Source: Chrysemys picta bellii (lineage: Eukaryota). Taken from it: a stretch of 64,000 nucleotides of DNA. The notes beneath the pieces are model-generated. The model worked only from the letters and a program-made list of their open reading frames with translations, ran no database searches and was not told the DNA's origin. Below, piece by piece: positions 49,466-59,719 of this stretch. The stretch covers positions 349,928,001 through 349,992,000 of the forward strand of contig NC_088791.1 in the NCBI RefSeq assembly GCF_011386835.1, written 5' to 3'. Made by a program: the position numbers and the translations under genes. Every line of letters begins with the position of its first letter. Position 1 is the first letter of the stretch.

Positions 49466-49686
49466 AATAGATTACTTTCATGTGTGAAAGGAAGTTTCAT
49501 TTCCATGAATACTCATGCATTTGACTTTGAAATCCACTTCCTGCAAACCCTGAATTACAGATTCTGGGGTTACTATGTACTAGAGAGTGAGAGCTCAGGG
49601 AATGAATATTTCATATACTGATCCCAAGGCCTGTTACCACTCCAGATACAGGCTACAGACTGGCAGAACAGAATCTGAGGAGAACC

Positions 49687-49809
49687 TAGGGTGACCAGAT
49701 GTCCCGATTTTATAGGGACAGTCCTGATTTTTGGGTCTTTTTCTTATATAGGCTCCTATTATCCCCCACCCCTGTCCCGATTTTACACATTTGCTGTCTG
49801 GTCACCCTA
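49687..49809. mobile_element. hAT-type MITE, same family, opposite orientation
   Basis: TAGGGTGACCAGA...TCTGGTCACCCTA perfect TIRs; 8-bp TSD GGAGAACC at 49679-49686 and 49810-49817. Confidence 0.93.
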
Positions 49810-51584
49810 GGAGAACCAGTCAGCTATTAACCCAGGGACAGAGGAGCTACTAGACTTTTGTTTGCTGACAAGCCACTGAATGAGGGCTGATGAAACACAC
49901 CACTTTTTAAGTCCCACTGTAACCTTAGAAATTATCTTGGAAAGCAGATCAGAGGGGAAAGAATGGGTTCACGTGTGTGTACGAAAGTACAGATGTGTAA
50001 ATGTTATGCCAAAACTTTTCATTGTTCTATAAATATTAGAAACCAAACTTTCATGACATGCAGGTATATTGAAAGCCAATGGCAGAGTTGTTGGAACCTC
50101 TACAGGAAGGAGCAGTGGTAACTTTACTGCTTAATTGGTATTGCTTTAGAAAGCATTTTAGAAGTACTCCACATACTGTTTGCAATGGGTTTGTGCTGTT
50201 AACTCTTTGTTCAGTGAACAGCTGTATGATACTGTCTCCCAGTAACTGACTAGAAGCTTTTTGTGACACTTACATTCAGGGTCATGAATACAATCCCTCT
50301 GTTATACCTGTGCAAGGCTTTCCAAAATATCCTAACAGAACAGAACCACTGGTCTGTGTTTCAACAAAGAATAGAGGAGAGGTGGAGAAAAGGGGAGTGT
50401 AATAGTGCTTGTATCCATGGCTGAAGTAACTTGCACACTCAAATGGATATTAGTGCAAACCTAGTGTTTGCACTATTTACTCCTTTCTGACACCAACCCC
50501 TCCTCCACCCAACTAAGTAATTGTCTGCGTTAGCTTCTTTTACTTTGCCAAATATCTGCAGACTTTTGAAAGGGAATACGCTGCAGGTCCGGCAAAGATG
50601 AAAAGAAGCCTGTAGGATGATTGAACTCTCTGGATTCAATCAACATTGGTCAGGAAAAGCACTTCAGCTTCTCTTGGAGGTCAGAGTGTATCACTGGGAG
50701 CATTTGGTTAGGGAAAGTTAAGAGAGCCCGGTTCTAATCAAATTGATACATGTAAATCTGGAATGATGCAGTTGATGTCAATGTTACTGAATTCAGAATC
50801 TGGCCCTAAGAATTTATCCCATGTACTGTAAAGCGGCAGTGGCAGAGTTTGAACTCGCAGGAGTGGAGAAAATAATATATAGAGTGAGGCAAAGACAGAC
50901 GTTTATAAATAGCTTCAGCACAGGACAGATAAATACAATAAGGATTTTCACCATGCACCTCCCATGTATTTACACACATCATGATACAATGGGACGCACT
51001 CAGAAGTGGAGGGCCAGAAAGGGTGTCAGTGGAAAGGTCACAAATGTAAAGTCACACAGTGCTCAAGCAGGCTGCGGAACTCCCAGCCACAAGATATCAG
51101 TGGGGCCAAGAGCTTCTCTTGGAGGTGTCAAAGAGAAGGAGTCAAAGAAGGACGAGATGTTTATATGCGTAACCAGAAAATCCAAATGCCGTAGTGAGAA
51201 TTGTTTTTAAAAAGTCTGGGAAGGATCCTACACTTTCCTGATTTACACCAAAAAGTATGTCTAACTAGTGGGTGTCAGTGGAAACTTTCTCTGGGAGCAA
51301 GTTATCTCATAGCTGCCTATTGCAGGGCTTCTTCCACCTTACTATGAAGAATCTAGACCTGGCCACTAAATACTGAGCTAAATGGACTACAGGTCTGATC
51401 CACCCTGGCAATGCCTATCCTCCAATTGGTGGCGTAAATCCAAGACTATTTTTGCTGATCATCCTTGAGCTTGTGGGAGTCTCTAGACAGGCACTGAGAG
51501 CAGAAATATGTCTCATTAAATGTAATCTAGTCTCCTTTTTTTCCTTCCAGGAAGCTCAAACTCCTCAGACCTTCCCAGTACATT

Positions 51585-52520
51585 ATGTCAGCTGTCAATG
51601 ACACCAAATTCAAATTTGCAGTGTTTCTTTTCACTGGAATACCTGGGCAGGAAGACATCTATCTCTGGATATCTGTCCCCTTCTGCTTAATGTATGTTAT
51701 TTCGATAGTAGGAAATTCAGTCATACTGTTCATTATAAAAACAGATCCAAGCCTCCATGAGCCCATGTACATTTTCCTTTCCATGTTGGCCATCACAGAC
51801 CTTGGCTTATCAATAGCCACCATGCCAACGATACTGGGCGTATTCTGGTTTAATTCTAGGGAAATCAGCCTCGATGCCTGTTTTGCCCAGCTGTTCTTCA
51901 TCCACTCGCTTCAATGCATCGAATCTTCTGTGCTCTTGTTGATGGCTTTTGACCGCTTCATTGCGATCTGTAACCCACTGAGATATACTTCCATCTTAAC
52001 CCTGCCAAGAATTGCCAAAACGGGACTGGTGTTTGTGCTACGGGGGGTGGCCCTAATATTCCCACTCCCTTTACTCGTGAAACGGTTCCGATACTGTCGA
52101 GCCAATGTCCTCTCCCATTCCTACTGCCTGCACCAGGATGTCATGAAGATGGCTTGTGCGGATATCACAGTCAACAACATCTACGGCTTGTCTGTTGCAC
52201 TCTTAACAATGGGGTTGGACTCGCTGCTCATCTTCCTCTCTTATGTGATGATCCTCAAAACAGTGCTGAGCATCGCATCCTCCACAGAGTGCCTCACGGC
52301 CCTGAACACCTGCGTCTCCCACCTCTGCGCTGTCCTGCTGTTCTACATACCAGAGATTGGGCTGGCTCTGATACACAGATTCGGGAATAGCTCTTCTCAC
52401 TTTCTTCAGATTCTTCTGGGCTATGTCTACATGATGATCCCACCCCTGATAAATCCAATAGTGTACAGTGTGAAAAGCAAACACCTTCGTGCGAGGATAA
52501 TCAGGGCATTTGTGAAGTGA
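51585..52520 (+). CDS. Class I olfactory receptor, OR51-like (OR5)
   Basis: 311-aa intact ORF with LHEPMYIFL, MAFDRFIAICNPLRY, TALNTCVSH and PPLINPIVYSVKSK. Confidence 0.97.
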   Translation: MSAVNDTKFKFAVFLFTGIPGQEDIYLWISVPFCLMYVISIVGNSVILFIIKTDPSLHEPMYIFLSMLAITDLGLSIATMPTILGVFWFNSREISLDACFAQLFFIHSLQCIESSVLLLMAFDRFIAICNPLRYTSILTLPRIAKTGLVFVLRGVALIFPLPLLVKRFRYCRANVLSHSYCLHQDVMKMACADITVNNIYGLSVALLTMGLDSLLIFLSYVMILKTVLSIASSTECLTALNTCVSHLCAVLLFYIPEIGLALIHRFGNSSSHFLQILLGYVYMMIPPLINPIVYSVKSKHLRARIIRAFVK

Positions 52521-54497
52521 AGGGTCAGTTCATCACCTGTCTCCAGCACTGGTGACACAAAAAACATGAGCAATGGCCACGACCATTTATTCCATCCTGG
52601 ATCCTCTTCCCCCTCTGCGCCTTCCTGCGCCCCATCTCTTCCCACAAGACTTAGCCCCCTGCTCCTACTCTTTACCCAAGGCTCCGCCTCCTCTTCAGGC
52701 TAGAAGCTAGAAGCCAGGCGATGGTAACAGCTGCCCAGGGAGTCAGCCACCTTGACGATCCCCAGACGCTCTACATTTTACCTCCCAGGATGTACAACCC
52801 AGGGAAGGTGGAGAGTCTGGGGCTCCCTGCAGCAGTCTGAGCTCCTGGGGCAGCTGCTACCATGGCCAGAATCTGGCCTGGCTGTGGGGTGGAGCCTTGG
52901 GGGAAGTGATGGAAGAGGGGGTAGGGCCTAGTGGGAAGAGATAGGGCAGTAAGTAGGACCTCATGGGAAAAGGAGCAGTAGGGGATACGGATCCGATGAA
53001 GACCTGAGCAAACAGGGAGGTGGGGGGCTCCAGAGTAAAGGAGCAGGATGGGGCCGGAGGGTAGGAGAGCCTGTGTTTTGGAGAAGTTTGAATAAATGTG
53101 ACCCCACAAAAGGGGCTCTTGTATTAAGTATCCCAGGGTGAGAGTAAGTCATTGCAAGGACCTTAGAGGCAAGGGCAGGGAGCCTGCAGGGCTACCTCAG
53201 GCCCCAAGGGGGCACTCTGGAATGGCCGCTGTCTGCAGGGACTTCATCAGAGTGGGATGTGCTCTTGGAAGCCGTTACCATCAGGCAGAGATCAGCCCAG
53301 CCCCCAGGCTGCTCTAAACTCCGCTCAGGTAGGGGGAGAACAGGCCAGCAAATCAAACCTCTGTAACTGGCTCCTTGCCATCTCCGCTCTCTGCAGCGCA
53401 CGGGGGAGCTCTTCTGGAACAGGAGAGAATCCAGCCGGGCCTGTCACCACTCAGATGGCTGGAAGGCTGGTCCTGTGGTCTGGGCACTGCTCTATGCCAC
53501 AAGACAGCTGAGTTTGATTCCCTTGCTGTGTTTGACCATGGGCAAGCCCTTGACTGTCTCTGAGCCTCTGTACAGGTGCTAAGTAATCCTGCCCTACCTC
53601 ACAGCATTGACGGGAGGATAAATACATTCCAGATGCTCAGATACTCTGAGACCCTAAGATCAGGGCTGTGTCAGGGTCCCACAGAGCAACACCTCTGACA
53701 TTGGTCTATAAAAGTCTTCTTACCACAGTGTCCTGTGACAGCTGGCTTCTGGGAAGCCCCATGACTCCAGCACTGTGGTGTCTGTGGCAGAAGTTGGGGT
53801 GCTTGGGGTGACAGTGAGGGGTAGGTAGTTGGTTTCTGAGGAGGGTGTTGGAATGTCACGGAGTCACTGGGAGTTTCAGCACAGTCACCGGAGCGATGTT
53901 TTCCAGCCATTCAGACTGAATGGGTCTAACTGCCAAACAACAGAGCAACAGCCACGGGGGCTTCATCTTAGATGGTCTGGCTGGGAGAAAGCAATCTGAG
54001 GGCAAAAGTCAGCTTCACACCTGTCCCTGTAACACAGACATGGCTGAGCACTACGGTGACTCCACCCAGGCTCACACGGGTTTCAGCAAAGGCTGCTTCC
54101 ACAAGAAAGTGGCAAACAGAGGGGAAGATTCTCTGAGAGACACAGGGAAACTAGGCTGGGTCCCAAGAGCTCCTTCGCTTCTGGAAAGAATGTAGTTGGG
54201 CCAGTTCTGTTCCTCTATCTCCAGAGCAAAGCCTGTCTAACTTAGCGAGTAGTGATACACGAAATGGAAGAATGTAGACATGTGATAGCTACCTGTTATT
54301 TTAAAACCATTTTCTCTAATGCTTTGTGCTGTTTACTAATAAAACTCGTTGGTTTAAGGAAGCTGGTGGTGACTGTATAGCTCTGGTCACAAGCACTCGA
54401 AGGGAAGAGACTGAGGTATCCTGTCAGTCCTGCTTGGTGATAAGCATTTAGCATAGAAGGGGTGTTGTTCCCAGCCTGAAGAGTGGTAAAATTAGGA

Positions 54498-54866
54498 TCA
54501 TAGGAACCTAAGAATGGCCATACCAGATCAGAGCAATGTTCCATCTAGCCCAGTATCCTGTCTGCCTGTTCTGTTCATTCATGTGGGGCACTTGGCATTG
54601 GCCACAGTGGGAAATCAAAAAGTGATCCAGATCCTGTCGCCCATTCCCAGATTCTGACAAAAGAAATAAAAAAGTCTAGGAACACCATCCCTGCTCATCC
54701 TGACTAATAGCCATTGATGTACCTATTCTCCGTGAATGTATCTAGGGCTTTTTGTACTCTGTTATAGTCTTGGCCTTCACAACATCCTCTGGCAAGGAGT
54801 TCCTCATGGTTGACTTAGTTGTGGGAGGAAATACTTCTTTTTGTTTGTTTTAAACCTGCTGCCTAT
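54498..54866 (-). mobile_element. CR1 3' fragment
   Basis: CATAGGAACCTAAGAATGGCCATA...TTTTAAACCTGCTGCCTATTA, similar to 6997-7360. Confidence 0.8.
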
Positions 54867-54867
54867 T

Positions 54868-55035
54868 AGGGTACGTCTACACTTACCGGAGGGTCCGGCG
54901 GCAGGCAATCGATGTTCTGGGATCGATTTATCGGCGAGAGGAGTACGCGGCATTGACGGGGGAGCCTCCCTGCCGCGTCTGGACCCGTGGTAAGTTCGGA
55001 CTAAGGTACTTCAAATTCAGCTACGTTATTAACGG
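54868..55035. mobile_element. PIF/Harbinger-like MITE fragment
   Basis: Starts GGGTACGTCTACACT, a TIR I recall from turtle Harbinger-like MITEs; the other end is missing. Confidence 0.55.
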
Positions 55036-55338
55036 AACTATTAGGTCATCTAATCTGAACTCCTGCAGAACGTCACCCAGTTACCACTGTATTGAGCTCA
55101 ATGAGTTGCATCTGACTAATGCATAACTTGTGTTCATCTAAAGTGTATCTTCCGGGAAGGCATCCAGTCTTGGTTCAGAGATATCAGGAAAATCCATTAC
55201 CTCTCTTGGGAGTTTGTCCCACTGTTTAAGCACCCTCATTGTTAAAAATGTGTGGCTCATTTCCAAATTTAATTTGTCTGGCTTCAGTTTCCAGCCATTG
55301 GTTCTTGTTATATCTTTCCTTGCTAGTTTAAAGAGCCC
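55036..55338 (-). mobile_element. Old CR1 3' fragment (resumes at ~55850-55920)
   Basis: AATTTGTCTGGCTTCAGTTTCCAGCCATTGGTTCTTGTTAT; resumes as CTTGTACACTGCCATCAAGTCATCTCTCAATCTT after the insert. Confidence 0.65.
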
Positions 55339-55832
55339 ATTAAAAATTTTATTAAGATGATGTTAAAAAGAAAAAATTGAACAGAGTTTGAGCATAGAAA
55401 TTTCTGGTTATCAGGGAATAACATACAGATTATCGAGGGTGCAAAGTTTGGTTTAAGATCAGGTGGCATAAGGAATATATAATCTGCAATATCCCCAATT
55501 GGGGGTAAAAGGTTGATCGGTCAAAGTACAGGCATTGAGATATGAGGGTATGAAGTTCATAAAGTGGCTATGTTCGGGTGATGGAGTATAATGAGTGGAT
55601 ATGATGATGAGGATGGATTGACCCTCATTTGGTGAGATTTAATGTTCAGGGAGTTTATGGTCCCAGTTCATATGATCCAACAGAGAAGGTCACTTGGTCC
55701 TTTCTCGTAGTGGGAGAACGATGTCACTCTGGCTCACGCCTCCTTGTACTGTCGGTGGCCGGTGATGTGCTCGATGTAGATGTCCCTGGACCATCGCATG
55801 ATGTCTGAGACCATGAGGCGCCCCATGAGCCG
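55339..55832 (-). mobile_element. Probable Utopia (NeSL-clade, RLE-type) non-LTR retrotransposon 3' end
   Basis: Minus strand 55832-55734 encodes RLMGRLMVSDIMRWSRDIYIEHITGHRQYKEA*, which matches my recall of turtle NeSL/Utopia C-termini; ~395-nt 3' UTR ending AATAAAATTTTTAAT. Confidence 0.6.
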
Positions 55833-56059
55833 ACTACCCGGCATTTCATCCCTGAAAAAGTGCTTGTACACTGCCATCAAGTCATCTCTCAATCTTCCTT
55901 ACTTCTACTCACTACGTCCCAGTTTATAAAGCCAAGGGTAAGTTGGAAAAAACATAGGCGGAGAAAGTCCTAGCTGTATTAGTCAGTCCTAGGATGACTG
56001 TGAGCCACTGATGTGCTGCGCCTGTGAACAAGACAAATGAGATACTAGAATGTGTCAGC

Positions 56060-56600
56060 GAGATTGGGAACTGTTCATATCCATATACCAGGCATTGTTG
56101 AGAACTCTTCTGGAAAACTGTAAAATAGGGGTCACTCCTATTCCAGAAAGGAGAATTCAGCCTGTGACTGGTGCAGAGAAAGGCTCCAAGGATGGTCAGG
56201 GCAATGGAGGGCCAGGCTTACAAGGAGACTTGAAGAGCTTGGCTAGTTTAGCGTAGCACAACGCAAGGCTCTGCGGGGATCAGATTGCTCTATAAATACA
56301 TTGGGAGAAGGGGGGTGGTGAACACCAGGACTGGAGATGAGCTGCTGAAGCTAAAGGACGGTGTTGGCACAAGAACAAATGGGGACAAACTGGCCAGGAG
56401 TTAACTGAGGATGGGAAGGAGAAGAGGGTTTCTGGCCATCCAATAAGGGAGAATTCTGGAACAGCCTCCCAACAGGAGCAGTGGGGGGTGGGCCAAACAA
56501 ATCAGCTCATTTTAAGATGGAAGTAGACGGTTTTATGCACCGGACGATGTGCCGGTGCTGCCTGCCATAACAGGGGTCTGGACACATTGACCCAGGGGGT
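56060..56600 (+). mobile_element. Old CR1 3' fragment
   Basis: Degenerate GTGCAGAGAAAGGC..AAGGATG..TACAAGGAGA..TTGAAGAGCTTGG...TCAAGGTCTATG. Confidence 0.55.
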
Positions 56601-56999
56601 CCTTTCAAGGTCTATGCCCCTATGGGTCACATTCACCTATTTTGCATCACACTGGGAGCTCATGTGGAGTCACTATGACCCTGCTCTGGTCCCTGGCCAA
56701 TGGGTTTGTCCCTCAATAGATTCAGGAGAAATCATGATTCAGCATTTTCATCTGGAAAAAGAATTGTCCTTGGGTTCCTATTTAGTGATGTCTCAGGTGT
56801 TTAATTCCCTGAGTTTCAGGCAATCTCAGCATGCTGAGCTGCCAGCTGCCCCTCCCCAACCCCTAGCCCCAGAGAGGAAGGATGGTTCGGGGTTAAAGTG
56901 CTGGCCTGCCACTCAGAACTGGCTTCAGTTCCAGGATCTTCCACCGACTTTTTCTGTCACTCAGCAGTATGCATTTGAATACAGCTCAATATAAAGGTA

Positions 57000-57725
57000 T
57001 ATATCTAGGAGGAAGGGATGCAGCCCGTCCTTACCAGATGGGGGACATAATCCTGGGAAGCAGTGACTCTAAAAAGGACCTGGGATTCATAGTGGGTAAT
57101 CAGCTGAACTTGTGCTCCCAGTGCGCCCCGGTGGCTGAAAAAGCTACTTCAATCCAGGATGTACAACCAGGGGAATCTTGAATTGGAGAAGAGAATTTAT
57201 TTTATCTGGATATTTGGCAGTGATTTGAGCACTGCTGGAATCCTGTGTCCAGTTCTGGTATCTACAGTTCAAGAAGGAAGTTGATAAAGTGGAGTGGGTT
57301 CAGTGAAGAGCCACGAGAATGATGAAAGGATTAGAAATCCTGCCTTATAGTGATAGATTGAAGGAGCTTGATTGATTTAGCATAACAAAGAGAAGGTTAT
57401 GGTGTGACTTGATCAAAATCTGTAAGTACCTATATGAGGAGCAAATGTTTAACAATGGGCCCTTCAATCAAGCAGAGAAAGTTATAACATGATCCAATGG
57501 TTGGAAGCTGAAGGTAGATACATTCAGACTGGAACTAAGGTGTATTTTTTTTTTTAGCAATGCGGGTAATTAACCATGGAGGAATTTACCAAGGGCCATG
57601 GTAGATTCTCCATCATGGACAATTATTAATCAAAGCAGGATTTTGTTCTAATAGTTCTGCTCTGGCGGTTATTTTGGGGCAGGTCTCTGGTCTGTGCTAT
57701 ACAGGCTGTCGGACTAGGTGGTTAC
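57000..57725 (+). mobile_element. Old CR1 3' fragment
   Basis: GCAGTGACTCTAAAAAGGACCTGG...TGTCCAGTTCTGG...GGTTGGAAGCTGAAGGTAGATACATTCAGACTGGAA...CTAGGTG..TACAGTGGTGCCTTCTGGC. Confidence 0.65.
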
Positions 57726-58759
57726 AGTGGTGCCTTCTGGCTTTGGGATCTGCCCAGTGCTGTTAAATGCACTGCCCAAGCACATGGGGTGTTGTACTGA
57801 TAAAATGTTACAGATTGTGAGGCGCTCGGACGCTGCAATAACTGGGGCCAGAGCTAAGAGCTTTAGAGAGATTTCAGCTCTGTGTGCCCCAAAAGGGTGA
57901 TTTGGGACACTGGGTGGAGAACCTGAACTCTTCCCAACACCCCTTGGTGATGAGGCCTGTCATTAGCACAGTCCCCTTTGACGAGGGAGTTCTGGGCCCC
58001 TCCTGCAGCTCGGCAGTAAGGGGGGAATCAGGACGTGCTTTCAGAGCGTGAAGGATCGGGAGAGCATTGCCTGGCCGAACAGAGCCCTGCTGGTCTGCCC
58101 CTCGGCCTGTCTCATGCCTGAACATGAGGATAAACCCCTCTGCGCTGTGCCACAGGTACCTAGTGACTCTGCGAGCCCGTCACTGCTATGTCCGGCTGTC
58201 TGTGGCGTAACCCTGTTCCTTACAACTTGGGGCTCTGTAGACCAGTGCAGAGGGAAACAACGTTTCTGCCACTGATGGACTGTGTGACCAGAAATGTCCA
58301 CTAATCAACCCTCAGTGCCTTCGTTTGTGGGTTCTCCCCTTGAGATATGGCCAACAGCACCCCCTCTTGGCATTTAATTGGGAGTGTCACACTATTTCCT
58401 GTCTTTCTGAGAACCCCAGCTTCAGGGATCAAGACACTGCATGGGAATCTCAGCTTTCAGTTTTCCTTAGAAGGATTATGTAAAAAACGGATTTATAAAA
58501 AAGCTAGAAAACGTATAGCAGGTGACCAAGAAGGCTCAGACACCAAAGACAAATTAAAATGAACCCCACGCGAGTGTATTTTTACATCTCATTATTTTAA
58601 ATTAATCTTATGATTTTTGGTTGTGTTACTCATAATTTTTCAATGGGGCTTGGTGATATTCGGTACCTAGTTTAAAAGATCTGAAAAGTAACTAGCAGAT
58701 ACCTGTTCAAAATACAAATTAAACCTAACATAGTAGATATATTTGATATAAATTAGGAA

Positions 58760-59165
58760 TTTTTCACCCTAACTAATGATTCAAGCAGTCCACCAAGTTT
58801 CCATATGCAGACTAGAAATCCCTTTAATCTTTGAGCAGCTCTTCCCCCAGTTCAGTCTTTGTTCCTCAGGAGTTTTCAGGAGTTCTCTTGTGTGGGGAGT
58901 GAGGCCAGGAGATGATGTCACTACCCACCTTATATAGTGGTAAAATACAGGTAGCAAAATGGAGTTTAGTGTCATGTGGTCTGGTTCCATGCCCTTGCAT
59001 TCCTTGATGAGTCATAGCAGCCATTATCCATAGGCTGTATGGAGTATTCTCAAGAAGGCTCAGCACATGGGAGAAAAGCTTCTCCTAAGGCCTAGTGTTT
59101 CCCCTAATGACCCATTATCCTAAGTAGGCCCTTCACAACTGGCTGTCTACACTGGAAGCATTTTG
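58760..59165 (-). mobile_element. LTR fragment of the 44408-45624 family
   Basis: AAAATGGAGTTTAGTGTCATGTGG...CATAGCAGCCATTATCCATAGGCTG...TTTTGCCTAGTGGG matches 17757-17975. Confidence 0.75.
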
Positions 59166-59169
59166 CCTA

Positions 59170-59712
59170 GTGGGTTATGGTGCCAACCTGGATGTGGAGA
59201 CTGTTGGATGTAGTGGTGTTGATCCAAAAGGCAAAGGGATTGTTGGATACCAAGTAAATTTCGTAATCAGAAACATGTGGACGGAGACTCCAAACAACTC
59301 TACCAGGCTGGCTGTGGTGAGCCAAATCCATCCTGCCAGAACTGCTCTCAAATGGGCGTATGAAGCAGAAGAAAAACAACAAGCAGGACACATCCTTAGA
59401 GAGTCACTCGTGGCCGTATTGCTAGCCTGGGCATGGAGTATCAGAGACACCACCCAGACACAGCATATTCCCACAAAACACCTTACCAAAATCACACAAA
59501 GAATCAAAAAGGAACTGATTTTAACCAAAGTCACACAGGGACAGTATGCTTGTTGTTGGAAGGTGGATGAGGAGGTTAACTGTGAACACTTTATTACCTT
59601 TGCTGTATCCCCTGACACTGGTCCTGGTAATACTCTTGGAAGTGAGACATCCATCGACAACAAATGCACACAGATTAAGCAACAAAAAGTAGAAACTCCA
59701 AAAATGGAGTGA
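59170..59712 (+). other. 180-aa ORF of unknown origin directly upstream of the env-like region
   Basis: Open frame in non-repetitive, A-rich sequence; its ATG lies at the LTR junction and may be accidental; no recognised motif. Confidence 0.3.
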
Positions 59713-59719
59713 GATTTTG

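Noticed and set aside
50821-51210. 129-aa ORF upstream of OR5
   Set aside because: Runs through an old CR1 remnant, and the paralogous sequence in the other units is not open
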